Assembly: GCA_030141605.1 (NCBI GenBank)
Contig: JAQGDQ010000439.1
Span: 133,161-197,160 of the forward strand
Direction of reading: 5' to 3'
Source: Tubiluchus corallicola
Lineage: Eukaryota; Animalia; Priapulida
Length of the DNA stretch: 64,000 nt
Notes under the pieces: model-generated
Database searches by the model: none
What the model saw: the letters and a program-made list of their open reading frames with translations, nothing else
What the model was told of the DNA's origin: nothing
In this document: piece after piece, positions 26,281-39,300 of the stretch
How positions within the stretch are numbered: the stretch's first letter is position 1
Layout of the letters: each line of letters opens with the position of its first letter
Program-made: the position numbers and the translations under genes

Positions 26281-29200
26281 GCTTTCTGGCAGAGCGGAAC
26301 TTCTGAGTGAACTGTAGAAGTTTTGCTAACACATGATGCCTTCACGGCGTTCACAAAGTCCGCCAGTTTACGCCACTTTTTCAAATATGCATCCACCAGG
26401 TTCATTTGGCGGGAACTAAGAAATATTTAAATTTCTTTTGCATTTTAGGAAGGTTTTTTTATTAGCACTGTGCAGTTTATTGTTTGCATTATTGTTTAAT
26501 CTGAAACAAATATCAGCTTTTAGAAAAAGTATTTCAAAAAAAGAAATCACAAAAAAGTTACTTACAAACAATAGGACTATAAACTAGCAAGAAGCGTCTC
26601 ACTTAATTTAATTCAAAACATAAATCCTCATAATATCAATATATTATGTAGTTATACAAAAGTTTTTATAATTAATGGTAATTAAAGTACTATAATATAG
26701 TATTCACATCAAAGCTTTTCTTTATGCACTTAACACATTTCACTAAATTTCACATTTGCACGTCTAGCATGCTCATACTAACAGAACCATATGACTGACC
26801 AGTCAATAAAATTCAGAATTAACAGAAGCCAGGTACCCAACTACAGCACGGTTTTCACACGCATTTATTTTGTGATACTTTTAACATTTTTCATTATATT
26901 AAAATACAGTGAATGTTGTTCGAGGGTTGGTTTTTCCTTTAGTTTGATTCTCCGTCATACCCTTCAAGACTGCATGCTGTGCGAGTTGCGTGAGGCTTCC
27001 GCACTAATTACTGAGGGCATGATAGATTCTCAATTAATAACATGAGTAATACCTTGATGCAATAAAATTTTCTGTTCTACTCACGTTGGTCTGTACCTCC
27101 TACCAAAAGTTCACAATGTTACAACATCTTGACGACTTTTGGGAATATTCATTTAATTGTCTGTGAAAATCATTTATTTACAAGTTAAAACAATGCACAC
27201 ATATTAACATGAGACTTAGTCATCTTTTAGATTATTTCACAAAAACAGCAGGAATCGAGTTTCGAGATCCTACAATAAAATATTTTTCGAGGCATTTTCA
27301 AAAATGTTGTGGGAGTGATGTGTTTGCCGGGTTAGTGTTTGAAATAAAATCTCAGACCCGGTTATGCATTGTTTGGTTCATAAGGAAGCTTTTTAAACCA
27401 CCTGAGATCGAATTACTTCGGCAAAATACAAAGTTCGGCACACCACTAGATACCAGTTCTACAAATTATTGTCTGAAGCCATTGATGGAGAAAACTTTAA
27501 AGCACGACATTACTGAAATTTAATGCTCAAACTATTATAATAAAAACAACCATGTTTTAACGTTACAGAATTTTCCAGTGATATGCAGTGCCACAGCCAT
27601 TTCCAAAAAAGGTTGTGTGCATATATTCAGGACTGATCTTGTAGCTGAAAGTTCTTTGGTCGTTAAAATTCTTAATAAAAATTTTAACAATTTTACGACT
27701 TTCGAATTTTTTGGTTGCTAAAATCAGTTCCTGACTTGTGAGGTGTTTCAGCCCGTGCTGCTGGTCTGCTTCTAAAAACAAAAATAAACTTTCAGTGTTC
27801 CGCACCCAGAATTCTATAAGTTTCATTTCCATCTTAGTAAAGCGGTCGTGCGCTGAACACCGTATCTCACAATTAGTTATATACTGCTAAACGGATTTCC
27901 CAGATTGCTTATAGTATTCTTTTACAAATAAATAGCACAGTGGCAATTACTGTAACAGATCTACAGAGTACGTGTCTGTTATGTTTACTTGAACTGACTA
28001 TTGACTTTTTGCGGGCAGACTGCTTTTATTTCGGATGTCTGCCTGGCCATTGTTTGTAATAGACGGCATGAGAATGCGACAATGTTGAAAGCGTCTACGG
28101 CACTGTGTCAGCACATCTTTTAGTTTTAAGTTAGGTAGGTCTATTCTTGGTAATATTGCCGGACATCATCCCTGTTTCGGGTTTCGTTCGAATCATAGAT
28201 TGGTCACATAATGACAAAGCATTAACAGAGTAAACTTTTGTCTGACTTTTTAACTAACACCGAAATAATCGTTAACAAAGCTTTTGGAGCTGTTTGGCTT
28301 TGAGGTTTAACTGGTAAACAAATTGATCAGAATATTTACGTTCATTTCATGTGCTGGCTCAACGCCCTTTGTCACTAGGTAAATTGCGAAAAATAGCTTT
28401 TATTTTGCTATAACAATTGCTGTTGTCCTAGTTGTCTAGGTGCTATTAGCTTTTTTCCACATAAGAAAAGTTTTCTGCACTGCTTATATTGTTAAATAAT
28501 CGTTTGCAGGCCGCAGCCAGTTTAATTCATTCTCCTTCCTTATCATATTGCTAATTTATTTTTACCTTTCTTGTTCGTGATGACACTTGTTTGATTTCTT
28601 CTATAGGGCTAATTATTTTCATCTAAGTAACGGATTTTCTGTGAACTACAGTTTACTAGTTTTCATCTTCACCTATAACTTAGACTTCCACGTATCATCC
28701 ACACAACTTTCATGTAGGTTTGAGACTTATTTCTGCTATACCTTGTAGAGCATTTATTTTGTGAAGCTTCAGCACAATAGCTTGCCATTGACGCCTTACA
28801 ACCTAGACCTATAATTCATGGTTGGTTGGGTTAACTGACCTAAATGTTGTGGTTAACTCATTCGATTTACAACTTTCAAAACCACACTAATAGATAGCCA
28901 TGGCATTTTAGTAAATCCCCAGAATCATTTTTTCGGTCGCTGTCCCATGTATTGATCCAGGCTGTAATTAGTAAGCATTTGCTCCTGAGCACACAATCCA
29001 TGCGGCATGAAGGAATTTTATCACACCAGCTTCCCTAACGCCATAAAGTGGCAAGTGACATTTCATGAACAATGATTGCTTAAATTGTTTCATTAATCCT
29101 TTTTGCTAATTTATTAATCATAAATTAATATCACATATAGGTGGCAAATAAAGTGTTGCCACTTTCCTTAAAATAAGAAAGTTTACATACTTTTCTTATG

Positions 29201-29355
29201 GGCAGATTCATTTTCACTTGTATAATCATTCTTTTTTGAACTTTATTTTAAACATTGTTTATACACTAAGTTTGTACTTTAGAAAAAGGAAGAAATGCAC
29301 AAGTTCAAAAAATCAGTGATGTTGATGTTCATGTTATTTTTGCTTTTGTTTAGGT

Positions 29356-30447
29356 ATGAAACATTGGAAGAATTCGGCCTCCATTATTCTGGTGGCTGGA
29401 AAGCACATCACAAGTGCAGCATCGATTCCGGTCAAACAGCACAGCCAGATCATTGGTAGGCGGCATTTCAACTATGAAGTTTTGATGCTTAAGCGTAGTA
29501 GCAGAAGCTCAGCTTTTGCCAGTGTTCATGTTTTTCCTGGTGGTGTATTAGATAGGGCTGATTATAGCAATGACTGGCTAGGTGTGCTCGATAAGAAAGA
29601 GTTTTCCGCATTTATGCTTGAGGAGAATCGTCCAGAAGCACTGCTTTATGAATCAAAAACGAGCATCCCGCCAGATGTGGCCTTTAGGATTTGTGCGATT
29701 CGCGAAACGTTTGAGGAAACTGGGATCCTTATAACCAAGCCCATGGGTGCTGAAAATAAACTTTTGGTATCCACGTACAGTATTAGTAAATCTGAAAGTG
29801 ACAAATGGCGAAAGAAGGTAGCAGGAGATGCCAAGGAGTTTCTGAATTTATGTAAACACCATAACATGATACCAAATATTGGTTCACTATCTGAGTGGTC
29901 GAACTGGCTTACACCATCTTTCGTACAGGGCAAAAGATTCGATACGATGTTTTATTTAGTATGCATGGATACTGTCATTGATATAGAGCATGATGAATGT
30001 GAAATCGATCACTCGGAGTGGTATACACCGACAGGCATTCTCCGAGGTCACAGAAATGGTTATTTGCTTTTGATTCCACCACAGTTTTATGAACTTTCTA
30101 GACTCGTCAATTTTCATGATTTGGCAGAGCTGAGAAAATTTGCCCAGGCTCGTCAAAATAAAGGTGCAATTCGTTTCTATCCAATTTTTTATAAGTTTGC
30201 TGATGGAGCATGCTCTATTTATCCTGGAGATGATCTTTATCCTAAATTGCCTGACTTTGTGCAACAAGGGGAGTTTTCCTCAAGCTTGTCAGTCAGTGAA
30301 TCGGCTTCAGAGTCTGTACATTTGAACAGGACTTTATGGCCGACTCAAAGCAAGTGTCTTCCTGTATGTAACGTAGATTGTTGCGGTCATGTCAATCCAC
30401 CTTCAGATTTAGATGGATTGTTGAATCTAGAGGAATCTAAATTATAA
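29356..30447 (+). CDS. NUDT19: Acyl-CoA diphosphatase NUDT19 (Nudix hydrolase), peroxisomal
   Basis: 363-aa ORF with VFPGGVLD, Nudix box FRICAIRETFEETGIL, WSNWLTP....KRFDTMFY, PPQFYELSRL and C-terminal PTS1 -SKL. Preceded by acceptor ttttgtttag at 29353. Confidence 0.93.
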   Translation: MKHWKNSASIILVAGKHITSAASIPVKQHSQIIGRRHFNYEVLMLKRSSRSSAFASVHVFPGGVLDRADYSNDWLGVLDKKEFSAFMLEENRPEALLYESKTSIPPDVAFRICAIRETFEETGILITKPMGAENKLLVSTYSISKSESDKWRKKVAGDAKEFLNLCKHHNMIPNIGSLSEWSNWLTPSFVQGKRFDTMFYLVCMDTVIDIEHDECEIDHSEWYTPTGILRGHRNGYLLLIPPQFYELSRLVNFHDLAELRKFAQARQNKGAIRFYPIFYKFADGACSIYPGDDLYPKLPDFVQQGEFSSSLSVSESASESVHLNRTLWPTQSKCLPVCNVDCCGHVNPPSDLDGLLNLEESKL

Positions 30448-32639
30448 CTACCAAATTACTATCGTAATAATTAAGATTTTGTGTGCAATTTGCTGTATAT
30501 TTAATTTTGATTTGTTTTCTATTTGTTGAAGTGTTTAATCAAGCATGTTTTATGAATTCATTTTATCTGAATGTTACATTTCTCTAATAATTTACATCAT
30601 GATTGGCACTTAACAATTTTTTAAGATAGTGTTGATATGTTACAATATTTAATTAATAAATCGATCTTTTAATTGTGACCTTAATTAGTTAAAACTTGTT
30701 TTGAAATTAAAGTTGCGTTATGTGACAAATTATGTATGCCAAGTTTTTTATTAATTACTTTTTTACTTTTTAACAAGCATTAATACAATTAAACTACCTA
30801 TATAGACTTGAAATAGATCCTAAAATCAATGATAACACGTTTTATTTAAATATTGTAGAAAATACTGACTTACTGTTAAGCTGTTTTTCTCGTGTCGTGT
30901 TATAAAATAAAACCTCCTGCTAGCTTTTGATGAATGACCATTTAATCTCTTGTGTGTTGCTATCATGAGGAAAAAAACTAGAAACATTTATCAAGTTTTT
31001 AAAAATATTATTTTTCTGACAAATTCAGTAAGATCAACAATTACATGCTGTTGAATCTGCAATGCTCTTTTCTAACCCTGTTTTTTGGCTTTTTGGCCTT
31101 CATTTGACACACGATTTATCTTAAAATGGCAATAACTCAGCCTTGGATAGTATGGAAGACAGACTTGGCACCATTGTGATCATTATATCTTGTGATTAAG
31201 TGTGAGCATGTGTAATTTCTTTTAGTGGATTCTCTATGGATGGTTTTATGTGGAGTTTTATAAAATCATTCTCCGTCTTGTGATACTAACTGAAAAGATA
31301 CTAGGTGTTTTTGTTTTTCGTTTGTGGGAGAGAGGTCTAAAGCCACAGTGTTTGTCTAAACTCAAGCAAAGTATACCCATATTGCCACTTTTATCCCAGG
31401 CAGTTTCAGTATCACTAAAGCCTCATGGTAGCCTTAAGTTGTACTTGTAAAATTGCATCAGTTACTTAATTTGGATAACTATACAAGGCGAAAAAATTGG
31501 AAAATAGTATTGTGCAAAGCTAAGAAAATTTAATTTCATCCAAGTTGGAACCCTGGTGAACAAAAAACCAAGCTGACATATGATTTTGTTGCAAACTGTT
31601 CTTTCTTTTTGTATGGAATAAATCGTACAGTAGCCATAACTATGATTGAATGATGTGGTTTTGATTTTTACGTTGACTTGTAAAAGAAAGAATTCTATTC
31701 GTGTGCTCCTTCATTTTTTGGACTAGTACAAGTTGTGCCTATTGGCTGAGTTGTAGTATTACTCTCAAACATAATATTACTTCATTCCACTGGTTAGCAA
31801 CTGTTCTATTCTGCTGAGCAATTCAAATAGAAAAAATCTGGCTGTAGATGAAATCATTAGTAACGGGCATGGTGATATTGAAAAATGATATTATGGAGCC
31901 AGATAAAATGGTAAATGTAGTATGAAATTAGGTCCGTGCTGTCTAAATGTAATTAGTAAATTTAATTATTATGTAACTAGCAGAGATATCAAGATCGATA
32001 AAAGTCAGTTAAAGATGGCAGTGGATGTGATTTCTGTGTAATGAAAAAGTTTGTTGATCTGCCAGCACTTTTTATTATCTCTGACATTTTGACAGAAATG
32101 ACGCATCAGCTAGTAAAAGTACAAATAAAATTAAGCAATGACAAATAGCATTACTGTATTAACTACATAAAAATGAACTTTGGTTTTCTTGCTGGGATGG
32201 AATATATTTACATAGTCTATGTAAAATGTTACACATGTGAAGTACAAATAGTAAAAATGTTAAGTACTATTATGGTGTACAAATTTATGTATGTGGCCGT
32301 TTTTCTATAGCAAAGATAAGAGCAGTGCATATACATGCTACATTTATATACCAGAACGCCATATCAGTAGGCTTATAGACTCACTGTATCAACCAAAATT
32401 TCCTGCCCCTTTTGTTTCTCAAGGCAACTGGCTGAATATACTGGCAGAGTAATATATACTAGCAGCCAAAAATTTCCAAGCAACTGAAGCTGACTAAACT
32501 TGTCGCGTAAATTCAACAAAAATAGATAAATTGATTTGGAAAACGCATTCTTAATTAATACTTATACACGGCATATATTAAATAAGGTATACATACTATA
32601 TATAAGCTAACGTAATTAAGAATATCTTTTAGTCAGTAA

Positions 32640-32806
32640 TTTTTTTCGGAGGTAGCCTTGGCGAAATGCGGCAGGATTACCATGCCAAGGTCTCCTCAGT
32701 CTAAATTGTGTTTAGTAAACATCAATAATTTGCCGCATTTATGTCACTGATTCAAGTGTAAGCCTATATTCAGTATAATTATAAATAAATAAACTTGAAA
32801 CTTGAA
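32640..32806 (+). mobile_element. Probable LINE 3' UTR remnant
   Basis: Short stem CCTTGGC...GCCAAGG, then an AATAAACTTGAAACTTGAA tandem tail. Confidence 0.35.
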
Positions 32807-33331
32807 TGCGTTTTCTAAATACTATATGTAGCAGTATTTTTGAACATTACGAAATTTAACAAGCAAGTGTCTTAATTACTCTACAAGCAGTTTGGAATGC
32901 ATGTTACTGAAATGTTTTAGGAAATAGATTTTTCTGTGAGTTACGTCATTTTGCCACTTCTAGTATATATTGTTATTTTAATAGGTCTAGATACCCCTAA
33001 TGGCATGCTTTCGTGATAACTGCAACCCCCCCCCATTAATAGCCAACATTACCCGAAAAGGAAATTTCCTTTTCCTGAAAGAGAAAGTCCTGAAATTTCT
33101 TTTTCCTGATCTGGTGACTGGAAGCACTATTATCCTCAATAGAGTTCTGTGATAACCTCATTGCATTTGATTTATCTCTCGCATCCGTTAGGAACAGTAA
33201 AAATTTTTAATGATCAAAGAAATTCATAGAAATATATGACATTCGTCTCTGCATTTGGGTCTTTCATCTTTCAAAAATCTGGACTCTCTGGATTTGGCTG
33301 ACGTCATTTTCCGCCTCACGTCTGACCAATA

Positions 33332-36300
33332 TTAAAACTGCTGCGTCTTCTTCAAGTTGATGTCAATAATGATCTGCATGCAGTCTTTTATAATTTGTTT
33401 CATGGTACTAGTATCTGTTGCACAGCTAACGTGTGGATACACAGTAGTGTCGGGCGGCTTCCTCTTCAAGAATTCTTCTTTTAAATACTGAGTAACAGCC
33501 TGTGGTATGTGTTCTCCTAAAAATAAAGCTCCTGTGAAAAATAAATATGTTTGAGACTTAAATGGCACCTTGTCTCCTGAAAGATACAGACGCGGATTTA
33601 CCTAGGATGCTATAGTTTCTGTTGTAGTAACTTAAACTTGCATAATATAAAGTTCGCAATTGAATTGTTTATCGATTAAAATGTATTATAGGAAATTCAG
33701 CTACAAGAACTTTGCGCAATATAATTGTTGAGCTCCAGTTGGGGGGACAACAAGTTTTTTTAACACACAACAGAGATTTTTAGTGTGACTTTCGTAAATG
33801 AATCATAGTCATTTAAAATAAGACATTATTAAGCCGCAGTGTGACAATACACCGCGAGTGGGGAGTCGAGTGGTCACGTTTAGTTGTCGCTAAAGTAAGG
33901 GACTGACCATCTTCCTGTCTGTGTGTCCATCTATTTATCCCTCCTTCCGTTCGTTCACCTTTCCATATATCTTATTTTCCAGACATGGCTCCGCACCCAC
34001 TCTTACGAAGTTTCCTGTTTTCGAAAGCCACTGAGGTGGATCTGGAGAATCTTGCCGCGCGTGCACTTAATTTTAACTAGTACAATCCAAACTTTCGCCA
34101 GTTAATGCCATAGTCCGACGTGCGTTACGGTTGCACGCGCCACATCCGACTGCTAGACAGACAGACAGACAATCATTATGATTAACGAAGCATACCTGTG
34201 TATGATGGCAGCCAAGTTTTCAGGTCTCGTGTCTTCAGACGTTCTTCTAAAACGTCTTTCTTATTCAAGAACAGAATGAAGCTCGTTTTTTTCAGGAATT
34301 CGTTGCTTGTTATTTCTTCAAATAGTTGCAAACTATCAGTTAGCGAGTTCTGAAAAATGTAAATAACACTGATGAAGTAGTAGTACTTTATATGCTTCTC
34401 AAGAATGTAATAATTAAGCTAATAATGAATTTCATAGGGCAATGCGAATATATGTAGACAACGACTGGAACGAGAGAGGAGAGGAGGCAGGAAGATGGAA
34501 AGAGAAAGAGTGAGAGAGAAGATAGAAGAAAGAAATGGAAAGACGGAGAGCGAATGAGAGAGTGAAAGAATGAGTGTAGTGTGCAGTGGTGTAAAATCAA
34601 GGCGAACAATGCTCATCGCGTTTTATTAGTCATTTTAAGGGGTTGTAAAAAACTAAATAAGCGAGTAACCCGACACTAAATTTTAAGGCAAATTTGAAAT
34701 AGATGAATGAACGAACAAAACAATTATGGCGCTGATGTGATCTGTAAAAAATAATAGCATTGTTGGCACGTGCTACGCATTCTACAACCTTAAGTTGCTC
34801 GTTGAATATTATCAACATCAACATTCATAATTCGTGCCTAGGCATATAGGTAATTATCTATATAATTAATCTCAAGTAATGAAGATGCTACCATAAATCA
34901 CTTGTATTAATCACTAAGTCATTAATACCCATTTTGTCCCTTTCCTATTGGAACTTGATACTCAGTATAGTCTCTGTCATCACTCAAGCAGCGCTACCTA
35001 ATTTTCATATACAGTTTGACAGGTGAGATTATAAGGTCAACAAAACTTGCTGGCTTCTAACAATTATCCACGGATTAGTCTAGGCTCTGAACTAATTACA
35101 AAAAATTAATCTAGCCAGTTAGTAATTATTCTAGCTTGAGTAAATTAATACTAACGCAGGATTAAATGGTGAGCTTTAAAGGTTGAAGTATGGCTTGCCC
35201 TAGTCACATGAAACCCTGTGGTCAAGCAGTGATTGCGTTGAACTTGCAGCCCACAGGTTCCTGACCAATTTGCTACTTTATTAAACAATTTAAAAAACTT
35301 GTTAGATGAAAAATTATTATCACTTACAAATGGCAAAAAAGCCGAGAATGCGTGAGACTAACAGACTTCTACGTAAGAACGTGTTAAACATCAAATGAAT
35401 CAGCCTTGACTTGACAGGTTTGTTTAACATCATTTCAGTTTTAACGAAAGGCTGCATAACTATTACAGATTATCACAAAGAAATGGTACCAAATACTTTA
35501 AAACTATAAAATGCCAAGAAGAGTAGGAGATAACAGAACCAAGAAATATTATTTTCAAACACAAGTAAAGGCATCAAGTATACAAGAAATCAAAGACGTT
35601 AATCTATTAATTGTGTCAAAAGACAAATTCAGAACACAATTTACAATTCTGTTAATTCAAGCACATATCAATTAAACTGAGCACACACACTTACAATGGC
35701 TATAGCTATGTGGCATTTACATGTACATAATTTAATAAAAAATGACAAGCTAAATACTATACTCAAACTGCTCAAACCTGCAATCCTGCAATCCTGCAAA
35801 CCTGACACTATAGAAACAGAAATCTAGAAAACAGTTCTTGATGTTTGATACTTGCATGACACAGCTGACTAGAACTCAATACAAATATGCGTTCGAGTAA
35901 CTATGAATCTCAGTATACTGAAATGTATTACTCGATTTAGAGGTTCATATGTGAAACTATACTGAATTAATACAAATACTAAACAGTACAAATACACTTC
36001 AGCTAATACTGATACATGTTCCAAAAACCTTGTGATGTGTTTACTAAATTACACTTAGCAACTATAGTGAATACAATTAAGCAATTTCCTGCAGTAAATT
36101 GGGCATTATTGGAGCAGCATCTGATTATGTTCACTAGAAGTAGAAACAAATTGATTAGTTTGACCATGCCTATAACAACTTTGTTGAGAACTGGGGTAGT
36201 GAAAATGAGATGATTCATCAGCATATCTAACATCCTCACAAAATGTGACTGACTTAGGAGCAACAGGAATGCCCTTGGCTAGCTGAGAAAACTGAGCAAG

Positions 36301-39300
36301 TACATTCTGAATATCTGCTTTTTCAACATCTGACAGAGGAGGGTTGTTGTTGACTGGAACCCTGATACTGTGTGTAATTTGAACTTGCAACGTCATTCTA
36401 TAAATGAGGTAAGCTATTTATACTCATCTGCGGTTGGGTTATTGGTGAATACTCAGCCTCAGTGCTAGAAACACAGATTACAATTAAATTATGTTCACTA
36501 GAATATTGATCATTCATTGTAAATCTTAGATCATGTGAACTATTCACTGATGTCATGTCAAGTGCTTGACTAGGACCTGGTGTCTGCAATGATGCAGGAC
36601 ACCAAAAACGTGTTGTCGTTGGTGTTGGATGACAATACGAAACAGGATTTGTTATAGGAGTGCAAGTATAAGTTAATTGTGAAATCAGCAAGGGCTCTGG
36701 TGTTGTTTGGCCTAGCCTCATTACTACTACTTCTCATTATTCTGTTCTTGTGAATTAAACTTGAATGCTCTTGTGGGGTCATTGGTGCATTATGAAATAT
36801 TGATTGTTTCGGATCACATATTTCTGTTACAGCATTCTCAAATTGTGGCTTCTTACCTCCTCTAGCTGAGGAAGTGAGCACAGTGGCGTAACAACTAGGG
36901 CGGGAGCCCTTGGACAAATCTTGGCTGGGGCCCTTGGACAAATTGAATGAAAGGCCCCATATCGACCCCATTTTTAATTTTGTAAAAAAAGTGTTGAAGT
37001 AATGAAATTATTATAAAACACAAAAAAATGATTAAATGAAAAGCGAAATCGAACTTTATTATTATAGCAAATTGTTTACAAAATTACGTTAGATACACCA
37101 AAATACACCCTAGACCTCGCAGAGGCCCCAGTCCAGATCCTTAGATCTAGGGGAAAATCCCTAAGAGTGGCAACTGGCAACCCTTCGGAATGGAAGTCAG
37201 TTCCCCGTTGGATGTCAAAATTAGTAGGTGATTTGATGCCAAATAAATAGGCATTTTCCTGTCTGTAAATTTGCGTGTTTTTAGATAAGGCTTAGGGGCC
37301 CCTAGACCCCGGGGACCCCTCGCATTTGTCCAGCCTAGTCCAATGGGCGTTACGCCACTGAGTGAGTATCGACTGAATGTGAACAGTTTCGTTGTCTGTT
37401 GCCTGTGAATACCTTGTAGTATTCTTTGTTTCTGCTTTAGTTATAAGAAACTTTGTTTTGATTTAATTTAATTCTTTTGTGAACTTTCTTCGCTGGCAGA
37501 GCGAAAGTTCTGTAAACTGTTCAACATTTTCTTCAGGAAAGCCTTTTGCTTCCATGAAGCTGATCTGCTGTACTATAAGCTGATTATATTTGTGTATTAA
37601 GCTTTGTGTGTTTTGAATAACCATAGTTTCTAATCCTGGCCAAAGAGATTGAGTACAACTCGTAACTTCAGAAGCATTTTGCAGCGTTTTACTTAATTCT
37701 GTTAAAGTTACTTCTATCTCGTTCCTCAACAAGATACCACTAACAGAGTTATCGATCATAGAAAAATGTATCATAAATGCTATTTACTAATATATGCTCA
37801 ACTTTTTAGCAAAAACATGATTTTTAGCATTTCATTCACAAAGACTAAAAAAACGTGAAGAAACAGACAAAATGTATGCCTAATTAACTGTCGAGCAAAA
37901 ATAATACTGATGGGCTTATAAATATCAACTAAAGACCTAAATATTTGCGCGGGTAAAATACATTTTACGCCCACACAAAAGTATTGACACGGAGAAAGCT
38001 GACTATAAACTGAAAAAACTGGCGCGTAAATCTTTACACGCGAAAACTCTACTGCTGAGGGACCTATAATACTGATAAGTTTAAAAATTGTAGTGTAAAT
38101 TTACACACGGAAACTGCAATACTGATAGGCCTACACTATATAATTGATAGTAATAGGTCTAAACACTGGGAGTAAATTTTCAATTTAAACAACGAAATTG
38201 CAATACTGAAAAGCCTGTACTATATAACTGATAGTAACAGGTTTACTGACATAACCGAATGCACGATGACATTCAATAGACAAGTATAAGGCAAAAATTC
38301 TAAGCAAATACAAATTTAACTTAGAAAGTAACTGTAATATGATCTGTCCTACGCAATTGAAGACGTCTTTTAGCTCTACCGAAGCTGCAGTACCACTGAC
38401 TAGACCTCTTCTTCGCGAAAGGAAGGAACTGCAAAACTTCACTTGCTGTTGACCAAATTTACCGATAGAAACGTGAACTGAATTTTCAAAATGTCCTGAC
38501 GACACCAGTAAGTAGCTAAATGTGAAAACGAAGCGTAATTCTCGTTCTATATTTGGTTGTATCGTCTAAGACTATCGTATTTTTCAGCTGCTGACTGAAG
38601 AAAATTAACAAACTTTACAGGACTGTCCGTGATTACTCCCGGTTTTCGCTGCACCACATCGGAAACCATCCAATTTCAACAGTCCATTAACAACAAAGAA
38701 CGCACAGTCGCACACTGACATAACTTCCTTTCCAATAGATGATTAATTTTGACAAACAATGTTTATTATACACATATAATTACGGAATTCACGAACATAA
38801 AGCAAAGACAGAAAAATGAACACTCTCTATCATCTTGTCTGCAAAATTAGAACGAAAAAATACTTCGCGCCAAATCCTTATGGCCAATCTTTCTTGATGT
38901 CAAAAGCTTTCTTGATGTCACGTGCCTGGCGTTAAAAGGAATTTTTGTTTGTTTTCATTTTAAATCTCCCGCACTGCTGTTTCGACGTCGCCATTACATG
39001 CCGTCACTACGCAAACGCAAATCAGGGGAAGAAAAGGCAATGTTAGATTATGCTCTAAAAAACTTTTCATGCAAATCTATGTTACTTAGTATTTCGCTTA
39101 CTTACTGGAAGGACTTATGTAACTAGAAATAATAATTTAAAATGCTCGTGTCCATTGGTAAAATGTCGCTGGCTCATCCTCTACTAACCCTAGCTCACTA
39201 ACCAAAAATGTATTTTTAATCTTATTGACAAGATACAGTAATTTACGTAGTTAGTAAGTAAATATCTGTGCTACGCATGTTCTGATTATTTTTTGAAGCT

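Noticed and set aside
27040-28300. ORFs 27209-27523 and 27563-27832 as a nested gene in the NUDT19 intron
   Set aside because: Opposite strands, no recognisable motifs or consistent splice sites; at most an unidentifiable decayed repeat.
33860-34170. Helentron/HINE-like element
   Set aside because: A CTAG end and TCTG-like repeats are suggestive, but termini and hairpin could not be defined.
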